A stretch of DNA of 62,264 bases, counting the filler, from Catajapyx aquilonaris (taxonomy: Eukaryota), in NCBI GenBank assembly GCA_000934665.2. It is 4 parts of 4 records of this genome, joined end to end, with 100 filler letters (N's around TTAATTAATTAA, not from the genome) between each part and the next. Parts side by side here need not be neighbours in the genome. Positions count along the whole stretch, not along the records: positions 15,536 to 30,984 come from JYFJ02007499.1; positions 31,085 to 46,598 come from JYFJ02007500.1; 2 more parts are not named here. One strand, written 5' to 3'. Position 1 is the stretch's first letter; the number at the start of each line of letters is the position of its first letter. Shown in pieces: positions 24,022-36,955 of the stretch. Made by a program: the position numbers and the translations under genes. Below the pieces are notes generated by a model. It was not told the origin of the DNA and ran no database searches. It worked only from the letters and a program-made list of their open reading frames with translations.

Positions 24022-24391
24022 TAGTGGGCCTCCATTATCCGCTAGTTCGTTATCTGGGGTTTCAGTTATCCGCAGTTTATATGAAATAAAGAGGCTATTA
24101 ATGAAAATCATTAAATTATAAAAATCCAACACATTTTTATTACGATATAATTATTCTATTTTATTGTTAATTATTTTGTTGATGTCTAAACGTGTATAGC
24201 TCGTAATTAAACTGTACCATATATATTAACCCTTTAATTGGCACCGTATTTTTGGAGATAAATGAGTTTTTGCTGATTATTTTGACAGTGCTTCAGTGGG
24301 GAAAATATGGTTTCGGTATTATTCGCTGGTTTTATTTAACCGAAGAGGGGCTTGGCACAAATTATTATCCGCGGATTACGGGGACTTACTG
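24022..24391. mobile_element. Tigger/pogo-like MITE (degenerate)
   Basis: Ends TAGTGGGCCTCCATTATCCG ... CGGATTACGGGGACTTACTG-TA; internal TTATCCGC repeats. Confidence 0.55.
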
Positions 24392-27249
24392 TATTAGTGA
24401 CACCTTGTGTTTCAGAGTGAAGCTTACACCTGCATTAGTTGAAAAAATGTTTCATTAAGTTGGTACTACTATATCGCCAAATATTAGTCGACTAGCAGAA
24501 ACAATCGTCTATTCCCCCTCCTCCCTTGTCAGCTCTCTTTTGCTTCCCCACTCTCCCACCCCAGGGAGCCAACAGGAGTAGTGATGGGTGGAGGAGACAT
24601 TTCAGCCTATAGTATGGGCTTAATTTTGAAACACACGGTATTGAACATGCTATACTATATTAATGAAAAAGTCACTTTCAGCTTATATGAAACCAAGTAA
24701 AAAAAATTTCCAAACTCATTCCACCAGTGGTCTGCAGACCCCCAGGGATCCCTGGGCTTGCACAAAGGGATCCGTGACATTATTTGGGTAATGGCTGGTC
24801 ATTATTACAATATCAATATACGTAGCCTTTTACGCCAAAAAAAGGGCAATACACCGTCGGGATGTTTAATTTAGAGGTGAGCACTATGTTATTATTAGGT
24901 AGGTTACTTAAGTTATGAGAATAATATATTGTTCCACAGAGTAATGTACCAGAGTACTGCAAAGTATTGTACAAATAAAACAACAAAAATTAGCTAATTT
25001 TAAGTTGCAACTTAAAATAAATATTTTAGACCAACGCGACAACTTTTAAATTAGATGTAGGTTATGATAAACTCATTACATCAACCGCTGCATTCGTGGC
25101 GACGGAAACAGTGATGGTAAAGCAATGAGTTATGGATTTTGCATTTTGAAACAAGCGTATCAGTTAGTTTGAAACATTGTTATTGTCATCCGCGTTAGGG
25201 TGCAATGATGAAACGCAACAAACCAATAATAACAATAAAATACAATGACTATCAATTAATGATTATTATAATTCCGACCGATGCTGCAGGAGGAGGTACA
25301 ACGCATAAACAAAATGCCCTCCGGCTGATTGAATTTGGGGTGGTGGAGGGTGGGAGTGTTTGGACAAAGGGGAAAGAGCAAAAAAATAATGATTCCATCG
25401 CCGGTGTGGCAAAGTGCAGCAGTGCAGCAGCGCTTTGATGACCATTTTCAAGTTGATGACACTCGGGGCGGCGCTAATCTCGCCAGGCTGTGTGGCTAAA
25501 CCCTGATGAAAAAAAAACGCGAAAAAAGGAGTGGGCAAAAAAGCAAAACATAAACGCCTCTGCCCGTCCCAATTCACTTTTGACTGCCTAATTATCAGCC
25601 AAACGGTCTGCTAATGGGGGAAATATGGACAAGATTAGCTCTGCGGAGATGAAAACGTGATCATCCGCGACTGTAAAGCATTGCGTCATCAAGATGCCAA
25701 TCAAATTATGTGGGAGCCAACCTTTTGGGATCATTTTTTGTGCCTCAACAGAGCATGAAAACGAATGAATTGCAATGTCATTTTTGCATGATGTGGTCAT
25801 ATAGGCCTGTCTTTAAACCCGGTTAGGGATTCAAAACGCCTTTGAGTATTTTTAAACCGCTGTTATTTACTTGAGTGCAGATGTATATTGACATTTTTTT
25901 TTGTTTCAACAGGATGCAGGGAGGGTAATCCGGCAGTGACACAAAGCCGATGTGTAAGCTGCTGGTTGCTCCGCATAATGAAAATTGCATGCTAAATGCA
26001 GCAATAATCGTCCCTTTTTTGTTTTTGCAATCTGAACCCCACAGTCAGGTTTGGATTTAGGGAGCCAAGGATTAAGCAGGGATTACTGTGCGGGAGGTTT
26101 TGTGATGCACACGAGAATGTGCGATCTATCATGGCTCAAACAGGCGTTTTTAATGTTAGGTCAAAACTCAGAACACACTTGCAAATCACTGCAGGAATGA
26201 CTGAAAAATCATCAATTAAGATCGTGTTAACGGGTGTTCCAGCATAAGCGACCTTAAATATTCATGTAATATGTAGCTAGAAGAGGACAAATTGTGTCAG
26301 TGTACTCACAGCCATGTAACGTAACTTATATTTAGGCTTTACATTGGGCAAAAAGTAACGCCTATGTAAATTATGCAAACTTGGCTGTGAATGTGTACAG
26401 TAAGTATGTGTTGCGCAGCCACGTTGACACCTTCATTGTTTTTATTTTTCTAAAAGCTTTTACACGTAAATGCATGTCCTTACTGAGTACTCTGTAGATG
26501 ATGACGTAAACAATGCAAACATTATGTTGATAGTCGGTGGAAACATTTGCACATTATTTGCCTCGTTTTCCGCAAAGCTGCCACATATTTCAGATCCTAG
26601 CAATGTATCACAATGGTTTAAAAAACTGTCGGTCAGTGAATCCTCAGCCAAATATTTGAATCGCTGATTTTTAGCATGGAAAAAAACCATGCCCTAAGCG
26701 TGAGGTAAGCCAGAGGTAAGCAGTATAGAAAAACACTGAAATTTTGATTTACATTTACGATGCCAACTTTACGTATCATGCGGCATGACGGGGAAAATAA
26801 TTGCCCATCTATGAGAGCACGGCAAGTACTACAGTATCTGTTTCTAAATTATTATTTTATACAGAGACAGAGGTAGACTGGGGGCTGTAAGGCCATGTCG
26901 GGGCGGCACCCTTAAACTAAATCTTAAAGAGAGAGGTAGGCTACACTGTCAGATGTAACAATGAGGGTGTGGAGGATAAACAAAATGGATGATTTATTTC
27001 AGCTGCACTTGACTCCCGCGTACACACCATACAAATGCAACTGGAGACAGTAATATTCATTGTGTGGAATGTTGCAACTAGTGTACCATTCTGTTTAAGG
27101 AATGTAATTATACTATGGCGCTGCATTGTGGACATTACAGGAATGTAAGGATGATCGATGATGATTAGCAATATATTGATAAAGTTGGCCAATTTGATTT
27201 TTAATCATGATAGAGAGTGATTTCTTCTGTGGAGAGTTATAAGGCTTCC

Positions 27250-27720
27250 TTATTCAAAGCGTGCTTCTTTTCTTTCCTGCAACGAAACTGAAATTTCCGT
27301 AATATTACCTGTGGCACAAACATTCATAAGACTTCTTGAGAAGATAAGTGTTCCTGTAATATAATAATTCAATATCGAACTTTCCCCGACAGATGCCGAT
27401 GCACAAATCACAGGTTTTCCATCTTCCCATGCTCACGGTTCATATTTTCCGCAAACATCTTCAAACACCGTGCGTTTGATGTTAGAGGTAGGCAAATGGT
27501 TACAAAACCTATTATCAAGAAACTGGAGTCTCCTAAATCCCATTTCTTCCAATGATATCACTGTAACAAGGCCTATAAGCTGCTTAGAGAGGTCCCCAGC
27601 ACAGCGAAGCATCAGTATCCTCCCTGAATGTACAGTACAGTATAGGTCCATACTTTGAGAATGACTGTCGGCAACTTTGTCCGATCGTATGCACACCACT
27701 GATTTCCAATTGAAAGTAAG
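27250..27720 (-). pseudogene. Possible highly decayed hAT (Charlie/Buster-like) transposase fragment
   Basis: Broken frames give FNWKSVVCIRSDKVA (cf. W..C.GICTDGA) and NARCLKMFAENMNREH...NL*FVHRHLSGKV (cf. NSRLF..LCEEM..EH..LL.H..VRWLSRGKV) in the expected order. Confidence 0.35.
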
Positions 27721-30479
27721 CCTAGGACATGGCAGAAGAACTGATGCGACGCGACGTCAAGCAGACACGAAAATTATTTGCATGCGGGAGAGAGGCCCCC
27801 CCCTCCCAAGGGAAATAGTCACCGATAGAAAGCCACTACTGTAGGGATCCTTCGGATTGTGCGGGCAATTTCCCTGGAATTTTGCCTTATCGTCTTTATT
27901 TCCCGCTTCTTGTGAGAGAACCTCTCCAAGACTTGTTTGCGTATCGCTCTTGAGACGAGGCAATTTGGATAAGAACAGATAGAGAAACCGGGTCAAGATT
28001 GGGGGCCAAAGCTTTTCCTTGTTTGCAGAGGGATCAAAAGATAGTGAAATTCCACAATCACGAAAAAAACGAGCCGCAGACACACACTGTTTATTGTATC
28101 GTTGAGAAAATCAATCTCGTGCAAAATGGATTCAACAAAGCTTCTTGTAAGCACGATCATGCTGCCAATTCCGCCATGTTTATCTGGTGGCGGAGTGAAT
28201 AAGTTCTTAACTCTGTGCGATAATGAAACATTAAATCAATCTATAGAATGCATTATCTGGAGCCTGATGAAAAATTGCTTGTCGTCAAGAGTAGGAAGAA
28301 TGAAGGGTTAAAGGCATGTTCCCATTACAATGGCGGTAGAATTTCAGCGAGAAAGATATTAGAAACACAAGTCCCGATGCAATTTCTGTACAAAGTTCTT
28401 GGTTGAAGTTTTCTAGGTTAAGCTTGACATTATGATATGCGTGGTTTTACCCAGCTAATATAGCATTCAAAATTAGTGCTCCAAACATTGTTTCCTGGCA
28501 GACATCACGGATCTGATGGAAGGGTTAAATGACGCATTTCAACATGGGTTGATCACGTTTAGTTGTGTTTTTTTCGCATTTCAGCTCCAGTGACCATACT
28601 TCTGAGAGATTGCCTAGTTATTCCCTGGGGACATAATTATGGCCACACGTGAGACAGAAGAATCATTTGCAAATGTTTTTCTTTTTGGTCAAAACTCAGC
28701 TTCAACACACATGTGAAAGGGGAAAGCAAAAAAAAAGTTCACGAAAGAGATAACGCAGCTGTATACTTGGGCACATCGATCGGAGAGCAATAAGCTACAC
28801 AACATTAACAACTTCGGGCGAAATTTGAGATAACTAAAAGGACCCGGATACTTGGAACACACTGTACCGTATATGGACAATCAGTACATTACACGTACAG
28901 TGAGCGCACGCTACGCGTAAGAAGTATGTTACGCAGTACTTGGAAGTAACCAATTTGCGAACAGGAAATTGTGTCCAGTCATGCATCACTCTTGATCACT
29001 AGCCTGTCAAGACAGTACTTGTGTACGGTACACTTGTAATAAATAAATAAAGTGATACTGATGGAGAGTGTTATTGATAAGGATTGCGTGATGTTTTTGC
29101 TCAGCGCAAATCTACTGTAAATGTCGTTTGCAAGAATCCGTTCAATCAAATTACTATTACTACAGTATTAAGTTCCAGTTGCATAAAGAGTGGTACGGGG
29201 GTAGTCTGAAAATAAGCTTCGTGATGCTACGGTTTCGACGCCATGCAACGGACAGGGTAAAGACGAGCATGTATTGAGCAGATACGATGATCCTTCCTCT
29301 ACTTTACAGGATGGGTGGGCGCCTTTTTGCAACTTGTGCGCAGGCGCGGCAGCCGTCGGAAGAGACTGAGTGGCGAGCCGAGGGTGCCCGCCCATATGCC
29401 TCCAGGAGAAGTCACGTCAGACAGAGAGTGTAGGTCACATGGACTAAAGGAGAAGTGAGGGCATGTGTTGCTACCAGTGCAGTGGTCGGACATTGATCAC
29501 CTGCTAGTGGAGGTGTATGATTCGGAGATGTCATTTGAGCAAATGGTTCGGGGATATGGTGCCAGCAATTCCGGAATAAGATCGCGAGCGTGAAGGGCGC
29601 AACCAGTGACCCGAACTACATACCAGTCTCGCCAAATTCCGACAGTGTCCTCACTTCTGCCTTAGTCCAGGCGACCAACACTCTCTGTCTGGCATGACTT
29701 TTCCTGGCGGTATATGGGCGGGGCTGAAGTCCCTAATTTCATAATACACACTTATATGGAGTGGCTCATTGAAAGTTCTGCTTTCAGAAAGGATACTTAT
29801 GAGCAGTTTATTGGGAATTGCTTGAGTAAGACATAATATGGTACGGCTTAAATCAATTGGTGAAGGTCTGCCTTGTTTCAGTATTTTTATTCCACCACGG
29901 ACATCACACTTCTATTTTTTACTGAAAGGAATGTTTTTGGTCTTATTGATGAAACCTTCTGACGCTCTTTCCTGACAAATCACAGATCCCTGGAATATCA
30001 TACATAATGTTGGAAAAGCGATAATGAGCTTTCAGAGACAAAATGTATAACAGTGCCAAACTTGCAGGGGTGGGACAGGAGCCAGTGGAAGTGAACATCA
30101 ACAATATTTATTCAAATAAGGATGCGAGCTAAATTCTGAAGAAAGCGATAAACCAGCCCTCAGTCACTCTCCATCTTTTCGCGTGAGCTTAGTTGATTTC
30201 TCTCACCGCGCGACGGGGGTTGGCTATAGTCGGCGCTAGAGTCAAGTGCCAGTACAGGTGGCGCCGTACCTAGCGGGGCAATTCTGCACAATTAGGGTCG
30301 ACCCCGATTGCCTGGAGTCTTAAAGTCCTCCTTGGGCCACAACATGGTTCTCCACAGGAGGCCTTTCAGACTCCAGCATCGGAGTCGACCAGACCTATGA
30401 CACTCCTCGAATACGGTAGGTTAACACCTGTGTCCTGGCCAGGCGGCGCTGATGGCGGAACATGGCGGATGTCCCTCCA

Positions 30480-30890
30480 GTGGAGCCTCCATATGGCTGC
30501 CGCCATCTTGAAGGCTCATTCCGGTTGGCTGGCAGTCAATCTGCCTACGGGTGGATGCCAAAAAAAATATGCCGAAAAATAAGTACGGTACTGCTCGGTA
30601 CTGCTAGCTATCTTTAGTCATGTCTAAATAAAATAAAAAGTACACTTACAATGCTCTTTTACAATCACCTCCTGCTCGCATGACATTTTTGGTGTGTCCA
30701 GAATGCCTTCTGCACAATTTACCGAGCATTGTAAGTGTACTATTTATTTCATTTAGACATGACTAAAGATAGCTAGCAGTACCGTACTTCTTTTTCGGCA
30801 TATTTTTTTTGGCATCCACCCGTAGGCAGATTGACTTGCCAGCCACCGGAATGGGTCTTCAAGATGGCGGCAGCCATATGGAGGCTCCAC
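30480..30890. mobile_element. Foldback element with ~170-bp inverted arms and a 67-bp spacer
   Basis: 30480-30656 is the reverse complement of 30724-30890 (GTGGAGCCTCCATATGGCTGCCGCCATCTTGAAG...); no TSD identified. Confidence 0.8.
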
Positions 30891-30984
30891 GCGTAATTTC
30901 GAGACGTGGATGGGCGAGCACCGGGCGCTTTGGCGCTTTGGCACCCTATCATCGCGGATCCGGCACGCATGCGCTCTCTGCGCT

Positions 30985-31084
30985 NNNNNNNNNNNNNNNN
31001 NNNNNNNNNNNNNNNNNNNNNNNNNNNNTTAATTAATTAANNNNNNNNNNNNNNNNNNNNNNNNNNNNNNNNNNNNNNNNNNNN
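30985..31084. other. Artificial contig-joining spacer N44-TTAATTAATTAA-N44
   Basis: Identical 100-nt spacer. Confidence 0.98.
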
Positions 31085-31367
31085 CTCAAAAACCATGCCA
31101 ACAACACGGGTGGGATAGGGGTTTTACCCAACCAACATGGCGGCCGCCTTTGTTGTGATGACGTAGCGTTAAAAGGCTCATACTGTGGTCCTAGCGCTCG
31201 TCTGAACGGTTCGCGTGGCAGGGGTAAGAAGACGCCCTTTGTTATGCTCTCCCGGGAACCGGTTGTTTGCGACGCATAGCCAACATGTTTGGAGCACACG
31301 ACGCCCTGCCAATCCCACCGCGTCGCTAGGTGCGGATAAACGATAGACTTCCCAAGTAATCTAGGTA

Positions 31368-31500
31368 ATCTAACCTAACCCAACCTAACCTTCCTTCCAT
31401 GCGGATACAGTCCTGTCTTCAGCGGATACAGTCCTGTCTTCAGCGGATACAGCCATATCTTCAGCGGATACACGCCTATTCTATAGCAGATGCACGCCTA
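31368..31500. repeat. Short CCTAA run followed by a 21-bp tandem repeat (CAGCGGATACAGTCCTGTCTT), about 5 copies
   Basis: TAACCTAACCCAACCTAACC followed by GCGGATAC units. Confidence 0.85.
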
Positions 31501-31563
31501 AGAGAGTAGGTAAAAGTGTGGCTATTAAGCTGCGCAGTAATTCAGTACAGGAAACTGAAGGGC

Positions 31564-32226
31564 CTACCTTGGTACCTTAGAACGAACTTCCCTCCAAGTT
31601 CGCTCTATGTTCTGAGTGTGTGCGCCAGTGTCGGGATCAACAAAGTTCACCGAATGGTTGACTTTAAGGTGCTGGAACCCTTCACTACTGAGACAGTCAT
31701 AGGCCCTCCAACAGTCACTCATGATGGTCACATATCTTCTCCTTAATCACTGCCAGTAGAGTTTCCCTTGATCGATTGGCAACCCTCACCATGAATGCTT
31801 GCTTTGGATCACTTCTCAAAATCCCCCCAAAAATCCATTGGCCATCAATAATTCTGCCCCTATTGTACTTCCTTTTTCCAAATTTTGCCTCGTCCACTTC
31901 TACTACTTCTCCTTCTCCACCAATCTTGCCTTCGTGCGCATTAATAGCCCAATGTATTAATATATATAATTATATGGTATACATGAAGACTTATGCCTAT
32001 AGGCATAAGTCTTCATGTATAAAAGCTAGGCGGCATAAGTATATATACTTATGCCGCCTAGCTTTTTTCTTCTTTCCACCTGCGACAGTCCTTCGACAGG
32101 TGAATGTTAATTATATTGGTCCCAATTTACCAGGTATGCTTTGCCGCAAACCCCACAAATATGCGTCGCACTTATCAGCCCATGGTTTAAGAGGTACTTG
32201 AGCAAATCATCACGGACGATGGCCAT
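31564..32226 (-). pseudogene. Merlin (IS1595/IS1016-like DDE) transposase remnant
   Basis: 32226-32110 reads MAIVRDDLLKYLLNHGLISATHICGVCG (N-terminal CxxC). 31942-31730 reads KIGGEGEVVEVDEAKFGKRKYNRGRIIDGQWIFGG...VANRSRETLLAVIKEKI. After a frameshifting deletion it reads TIMSDCWRAYDCLSSEGFQHLKVNHSVNFVDPDTGAHTQNIERTW. Confidence 0.92.
31978..32066. repeat. Two abutting perfect palindromes (44 bp and 46 bp)
   Basis: TATACATGAAGACTTATGCCTATAGGCATAAGTCTTCATGTATA and AAAAGCTAGGCGGCATAAGTATATATACTTATGCCGCCTAGCTTTT. Confidence 0.95.
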
Positions 32227-33339
32227 AGGAAAAAACTCGAAACTTGTCAACGAGCACCCGTCGCACTGTTGCACCTCAAATCCCTCTATTCATTGTGACA
32301 AGTCACCCTGCCCGTGGGGTGATACGTACCATGTAAGACCCTGCCGTGCCTTATGATTCTGCCCGGGGGCGACAATCGGGGCGGGAAGGTGGAAGGGGCG
32401 ACCCCGGGGCAAAAATAGAACTCGGAGCGGGCCGGAGTTCGATTTCGTCCCAGAACAGTGTCGCCAACAGTATCAACAGGGTATCGAGTATCGACAAGTG
32501 CAACCATTGGTATAAATAGATGGCCGCCGCGAAGAGCAATGGAATGTGTATACCATACTTCATGTTAAAATGTCTGTAACTTCTGTTCTACCCGGTAGTT
32601 TGAGCTGAGATTGCTTTTCCGCCACTCGGGAAAGTCAGCACTAGGACCCTATGCACTCAGTAGAACTGTAAGTACCACCGCGAACGCTGTAGGCCGCGAC
32701 CCCCTAAACTCGATAACTATACCACACACACACACAGGCACAGGCGAGGTGCTGGGGGTCTCGGAGCTGTGGGGAGACGTTTGTGTACTGTGCCGGACAC
32801 GGCTGGACATTTTAGCAGTCCAAGTGTTTACTTAGCTGCCAGGTAACGGGCGCGTTTTTACTAGAATCCGCTCAGAGCGTTTCGTGCGTAGCAGTGATGC
32901 CAGCAGCTCGGAATTATCTGTCTCCCGAATCCGGCACATAAAGGCCCCCTTTCCCCACCTCGATGGCCTACAGCCGCCTTGCGAATGCTTTCCGTCGTGT
33001 CCGCGGTTAATTCAAAGTCAAATTCCTCATATCTCGCAGTCAACCAGGCATTTCAGAGTACCCTTTCGATTGGCACCACTCTGTTGCTCTGTTTTTCCCG
33101 CCAATTTTGAAGGAACTTTTAGATGTGTCGTAATTTATCCAGTAATGTCATTTTAATGCAACAGAGTGATGGAATGTATGTTTACAGGCATGGGCTAGCT
33201 AGTTATGAACAAAAATCCCAGATCCCAGACCCAGGCTAGTTCCCCATTATCTACCCCAGAACGCTGAGCTCTAATTTTTGTGGATTATGTATCTGTCCAA
33301 CAATTTACTGTCCGTCTTTGTGCGCCGCAGCCCAACAAA

Positions 33340-33842
33340 ACTAACAAATGTTATTGTGGCTTGGCCAATAGCTGGAATGTGCTTGGTAAAGCCACAATAA
33401 CATTTGTTGGCCTGCGGCCTGCATCGGCCGCCGATTCGGTCGGGGACAACAATCCCATTGCTATACACTGATGATTGATTCCGCTGGCGTAATGCCACAC
33501 TATGACGGAAAAAGCGGCTTTTCTGGCATGGAAACCAGGAGGATTGGTAGCTGAAAGGACCGCATGGTGGCAGCACGGTCGACGGAAATTCCGCGTGAAA
33601 AAAAAATGCAAAATCATTCGGCGACGGAATTTCCGTCGCGGAAATTCCGTCTAGTGTGGCAGGGCCCTTACTGTCAGCCTTGTTCGCCTCAAGCCTCAAG
33701 GCAAGGAATGTTAGTATGTTACGGTACCGTAACATTCCTTGCCTTGAGGCGAACAAGGCTGACAGATTCGGATACAGGCCACAGCTATGAGTTACAACTA
33801 CATTTAGTACCTACTAAATGCAGTTGTAACTCATAGCTGTGG
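33340..33842. repeat. Cluster of hairpins and a Harbinger-like MITE end
   Basis: Inverted arms at ~33343-33408, 33671-33765 and 33779-33842; CGGAAATTCCG repeats ending in GTGTGGCAGGGCCCT-TA at ~33668. Confidence 0.8.
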
Positions 33843-34044
33843 GGTCTGTTGATACTGCCATCTGCAGTAGGCCTACCGTGTTTTTCGCCTGGGTGGGTTT
33901 TAGTTATCCACCATCAGCACTAGAGAGGAGGCTTTATTCTCATAACAATCGAAGGCCCATAATAATGTTCTATTGTAAATCCCACTTTCAGGTCCTTCCA
34001 TAGTGACCCATGATTACACTATAGGGAACAGAATTGAACTTTTT

Positions 34045-34300
34045 TCTGGCACATGTACATGAATGTGCGATTCCTATTGCATCTTTTGTGGTGATTTTAA
34101 ATATGTTAATCAATTTATTATATCACCCACAGTTTTTGAGCAATCAGCATTTTATGGTAGAAAGAAACTTCCGTCAATGTATTTGCAATTATTTTGGCGC
34201 ATGTACATGCATGAATGTGCGATTCCTATAGTACTCTTTGTCATGATTTCTATCACCTACAGTTTTTGAGTAATTGGCATTTTTATGGTATCAAAAAACC
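34045..34300. repeat. Degenerate ~150-bp direct duplication
   Basis: CATGAATGTGCGATTCCTAT...ATCACCYACAGTTTTTGAG occurs twice. Confidence 0.8.
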
Positions 34301-34329
34301 TCTCGTGATGTAGGCCTACTGTAGGCTAG

Positions 34330-35027
34330 CAGCGGTTGCCAAAGTGTGGGGCGCACCCCACTGTTGGGGCGAGAGACGATTTCTGGTGGGGCGTGGAAGT
34401 TTTTGAAATTTGAAAATTTTGCATTATAAGCATGAAGACCTGAAATGAGCACCATAAATGGCATATGCTAAGTTCTAGGGACAGGCGTGGTTGACTCGAA
34501 ATTATATTCTTTTTTTTTACGTTACCCCGTGATAGGGCCATAGGCCCTTATAGGGGAGTGGAATACCACAATTTTTCCTGCAATTTTCTGTTTTTTCTTC
34601 TAACTCCGGTGCAAGGATGAAAGGACATGGGGTAAGGATAGGGATTTTTTGGGGAGGGAACATTGGTGCAAGTGCAATGTCGGTAAAGGGGTCATGTGCT
34701 GTTCCCCAGGAGGTTAGGTTGCCAGACACCTCCTTGGTGCAGGTCAGAGACCCTCCTGACGCAGGTGAAAGGAAAGTTCCCCAGGCGGGGATCGAACCTG
34801 GGGCCTTTCACTCAGCAAGCCGAGACGTTACCATCTCGGCCATCTACACCTCCCCGACTCGAAATTATATTCCATTTTTATATGTTTTAAAACGTAGTGG
34901 GCCTAATAATGATTATGATAAGAGTTATACATACTCCCCCCCCCAAAAAAAAGGTTATGTGGGTCGCGAAAATTTGTTGTTGTAGGCTAAATAGTGGGTG
35001 GCGGTTCAGAAAGTTTGGGAACCGCTG
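34330..35027. mobile_element. hAT (Charlie-like) MITE carrying a nested SINE
   Basis: TIRs CAGCGGTTGCCAAAGT / AGTTTGGGAACCGCTG; the flanks share GGCTAG (imperfect TSD). Confidence 0.75.
34510..34855 (-). mobile_element. tRNA-derived SINE, family D
   Basis: Minus GGGGAGGTGTAGATGGCCGAGATGG...GGTTCGATCCCC; poly-A tail; perfect 17-bp TSD GACTCGAAATTATATTC (34493-34509 / 34856-34872). Confidence 0.92.
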
Positions 35028-35082
35028 GGCTAGAGTGATACACTTTGAAAGAAAGTGAGTGAGTAATGACTAATAGGGCTTA

Positions 35083-35633
35083 GACCGAAGCAGTTTGGAG
35101 TAGGGGATATGGTGTCCGACTGCTAATCGGGAGGTGCTGTGATCAAATCCCGGGGCCGGCAACTCTGACTGTGGTTTTATATGGTTTCCCACGGTCCTTC
35201 CAGGAAAATTCCGGAGTTCCTTCCGTAATTAATAGGCCACAGCGGGGAGATGAAGTGGCGCCGCGGTAACGCGTGCGCCCACGGATATGAAGGTCCCGGG
35301 TTCAATCCCCACCCGGGGTTCCCACCTTTATCCGTGCAGAGTTGGGCCATCTCTGGCTTCATTTCGGGTGGCAATTTCCGACAGACTAAGCCACCCGGGG
35401 GAGTTCACAAAATGACGATTAGAGACATTGCACTTGCACTTTGCACATCCCCTCCCACCCACCCTTGGAGTACACTAATTAAGATCTTCTTAAACTCGCT
35501 CCCCCCCCCCAAAAAAAAAATCCAAAGGTGGTAACCCCCCCCCCCTAAGGAGTAGTATAACTCCCCCCGTGGGGTAATGAAAAAAAATAATTAATAGGCC
35601 ACAGCCGCTTCCTTCCGTCCCTATCCTATCCCA
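35083..35633 (+). mobile_element. Older SINE family A copy interrupted by a family B SINE
   Basis: GACCGAAGCAG head and GTGGTTTT...CCACGG body, resuming with CGCTTCCTTCCGTCCCTATCC after the insertion. Confidence 0.85.
35244..35587 (+). mobile_element. tRNA-derived SINE, family B (nested)
   Basis: TGGCGCCGCGG / GGTTCAATCCCC boxes; A-tail; perfect 18-bp TSD TAATTAATAGGCCACAGC (35226-35243 / 35588-35605). Confidence 0.92.
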
Positions 35634-36815
35634 AACAGCACAGTAAAATGAAAAAGCAAAGAGTTCCAGACAAAACAAACTTCCCCCTACAGAGCCGATG
35701 GCTGATAACGCGGTATGAATTTATTTATTTATTTATTTAATATGGCTTAGTATGGGCTTAGTATAGATTAGTTATGATGCCCCCATTGTAGATATACCAA
35801 AATCCTCATATGGAATAATGCTTACAAAATATTAGCATAAGGTGACAATGAGCAATGCGCAGTAATTCTAGAAAACAGGGTATAAGTTACGCTTGTTACA
35901 AGAAAATGGATGCCGATATTAAAATTCCGACTTCAAATTCAAACTCGGCGCATACTCATACATAATGAAAAAGTGAAAATGGGGCATTTAACAAAATTAT
36001 TGTCGACCACATAGTCATATTAAGAAATGTGCAGTGTAGCCTACTTTCCGCAAAATAAGGTATGGCTGTTACAAAAAATGGAGGGTGATGGACTTCATAT
36101 TCGGAATCAGCTCATATTAACGCATTAGAAACAGCTAAAATTGTTCATGTGCCAAAAACCTTGTTGACTACGTAGTGTTATTACTCCACAACCACTACCA
36201 AACCATCAAATTCTAGGCTAGTGAAACTATCCTCTGAGATAATAAATTATGTAACTCATTTTTGGCAAATCCCTGATCAACAAAGACCCTGATCGTCTTC
36301 AGTTATTATTACTTCCTGTCTCACCTTCTGCTATACCAGGTAGCCTTGGCCACTTTGATTCCCCCTATCAAGATCTTTTGCCCCTATAAACTAAACCCAA
36401 CACTTTTGTGGATAGAGAGGCGATTGAATAGCATATAGGCCCTATTGAGTCGAGTCCACGGTCGAGTCACTGACCACTCTATCATCATAGTTATCATCAT
36501 AATCACCATAAACATAAACCACATTGTATAAAGTGTCAGTGATTATTCAAAGTAAATGCTTTGGGCCTTTGAGGGGAGCGCTCGGCAGAATTCGAATTGG
36601 CAAGAGTCTTCATTAATTCTTCGAGAGATGGCGACACGTGGCTGACTTGTTGGAGCGTACAGTTCTGGGCTGTTTAATATTGCTGAAATATGCAATACAT
36701 TACTTCAGTTTAGTAACGTGAAGAGTTGAAACTTATTTACTACCTACTTTTTACCAGATGAGCAATTCCACGATAATGTCAACCTGACAGGGGTTAGAAA
36801 AAATTTATCGTAGGA

Positions 36816-36899
<84 letters not shown>

Positions 36900-36914
36900 A
36901 ATAATAATAATAAT

Positions 36915-36953
<39 letters not shown>

Positions 36954-36955
36954 AA
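36816..36955. repeat. Compound microsatellite (GAT)n(AAT)n(AAC)n
   Basis: Directly visible; abuts the 3' end of a minus-strand SINE. Confidence 0.97.

Noticed and set aside
29290..29720. GC-richer segment with a WTKAEV (Myb-like) peptide on the minus strand
   Set aside because: Stops follow within a few codons and there are no further motifs; too weak to call.
31564..31942. Bacterial IS1595 contamination or recent horizontal transfer
   Set aside because: Motifs fit eukaryotic Merlin, the copy is decayed, and it shares a contig with SINE families also found in the other contigs.
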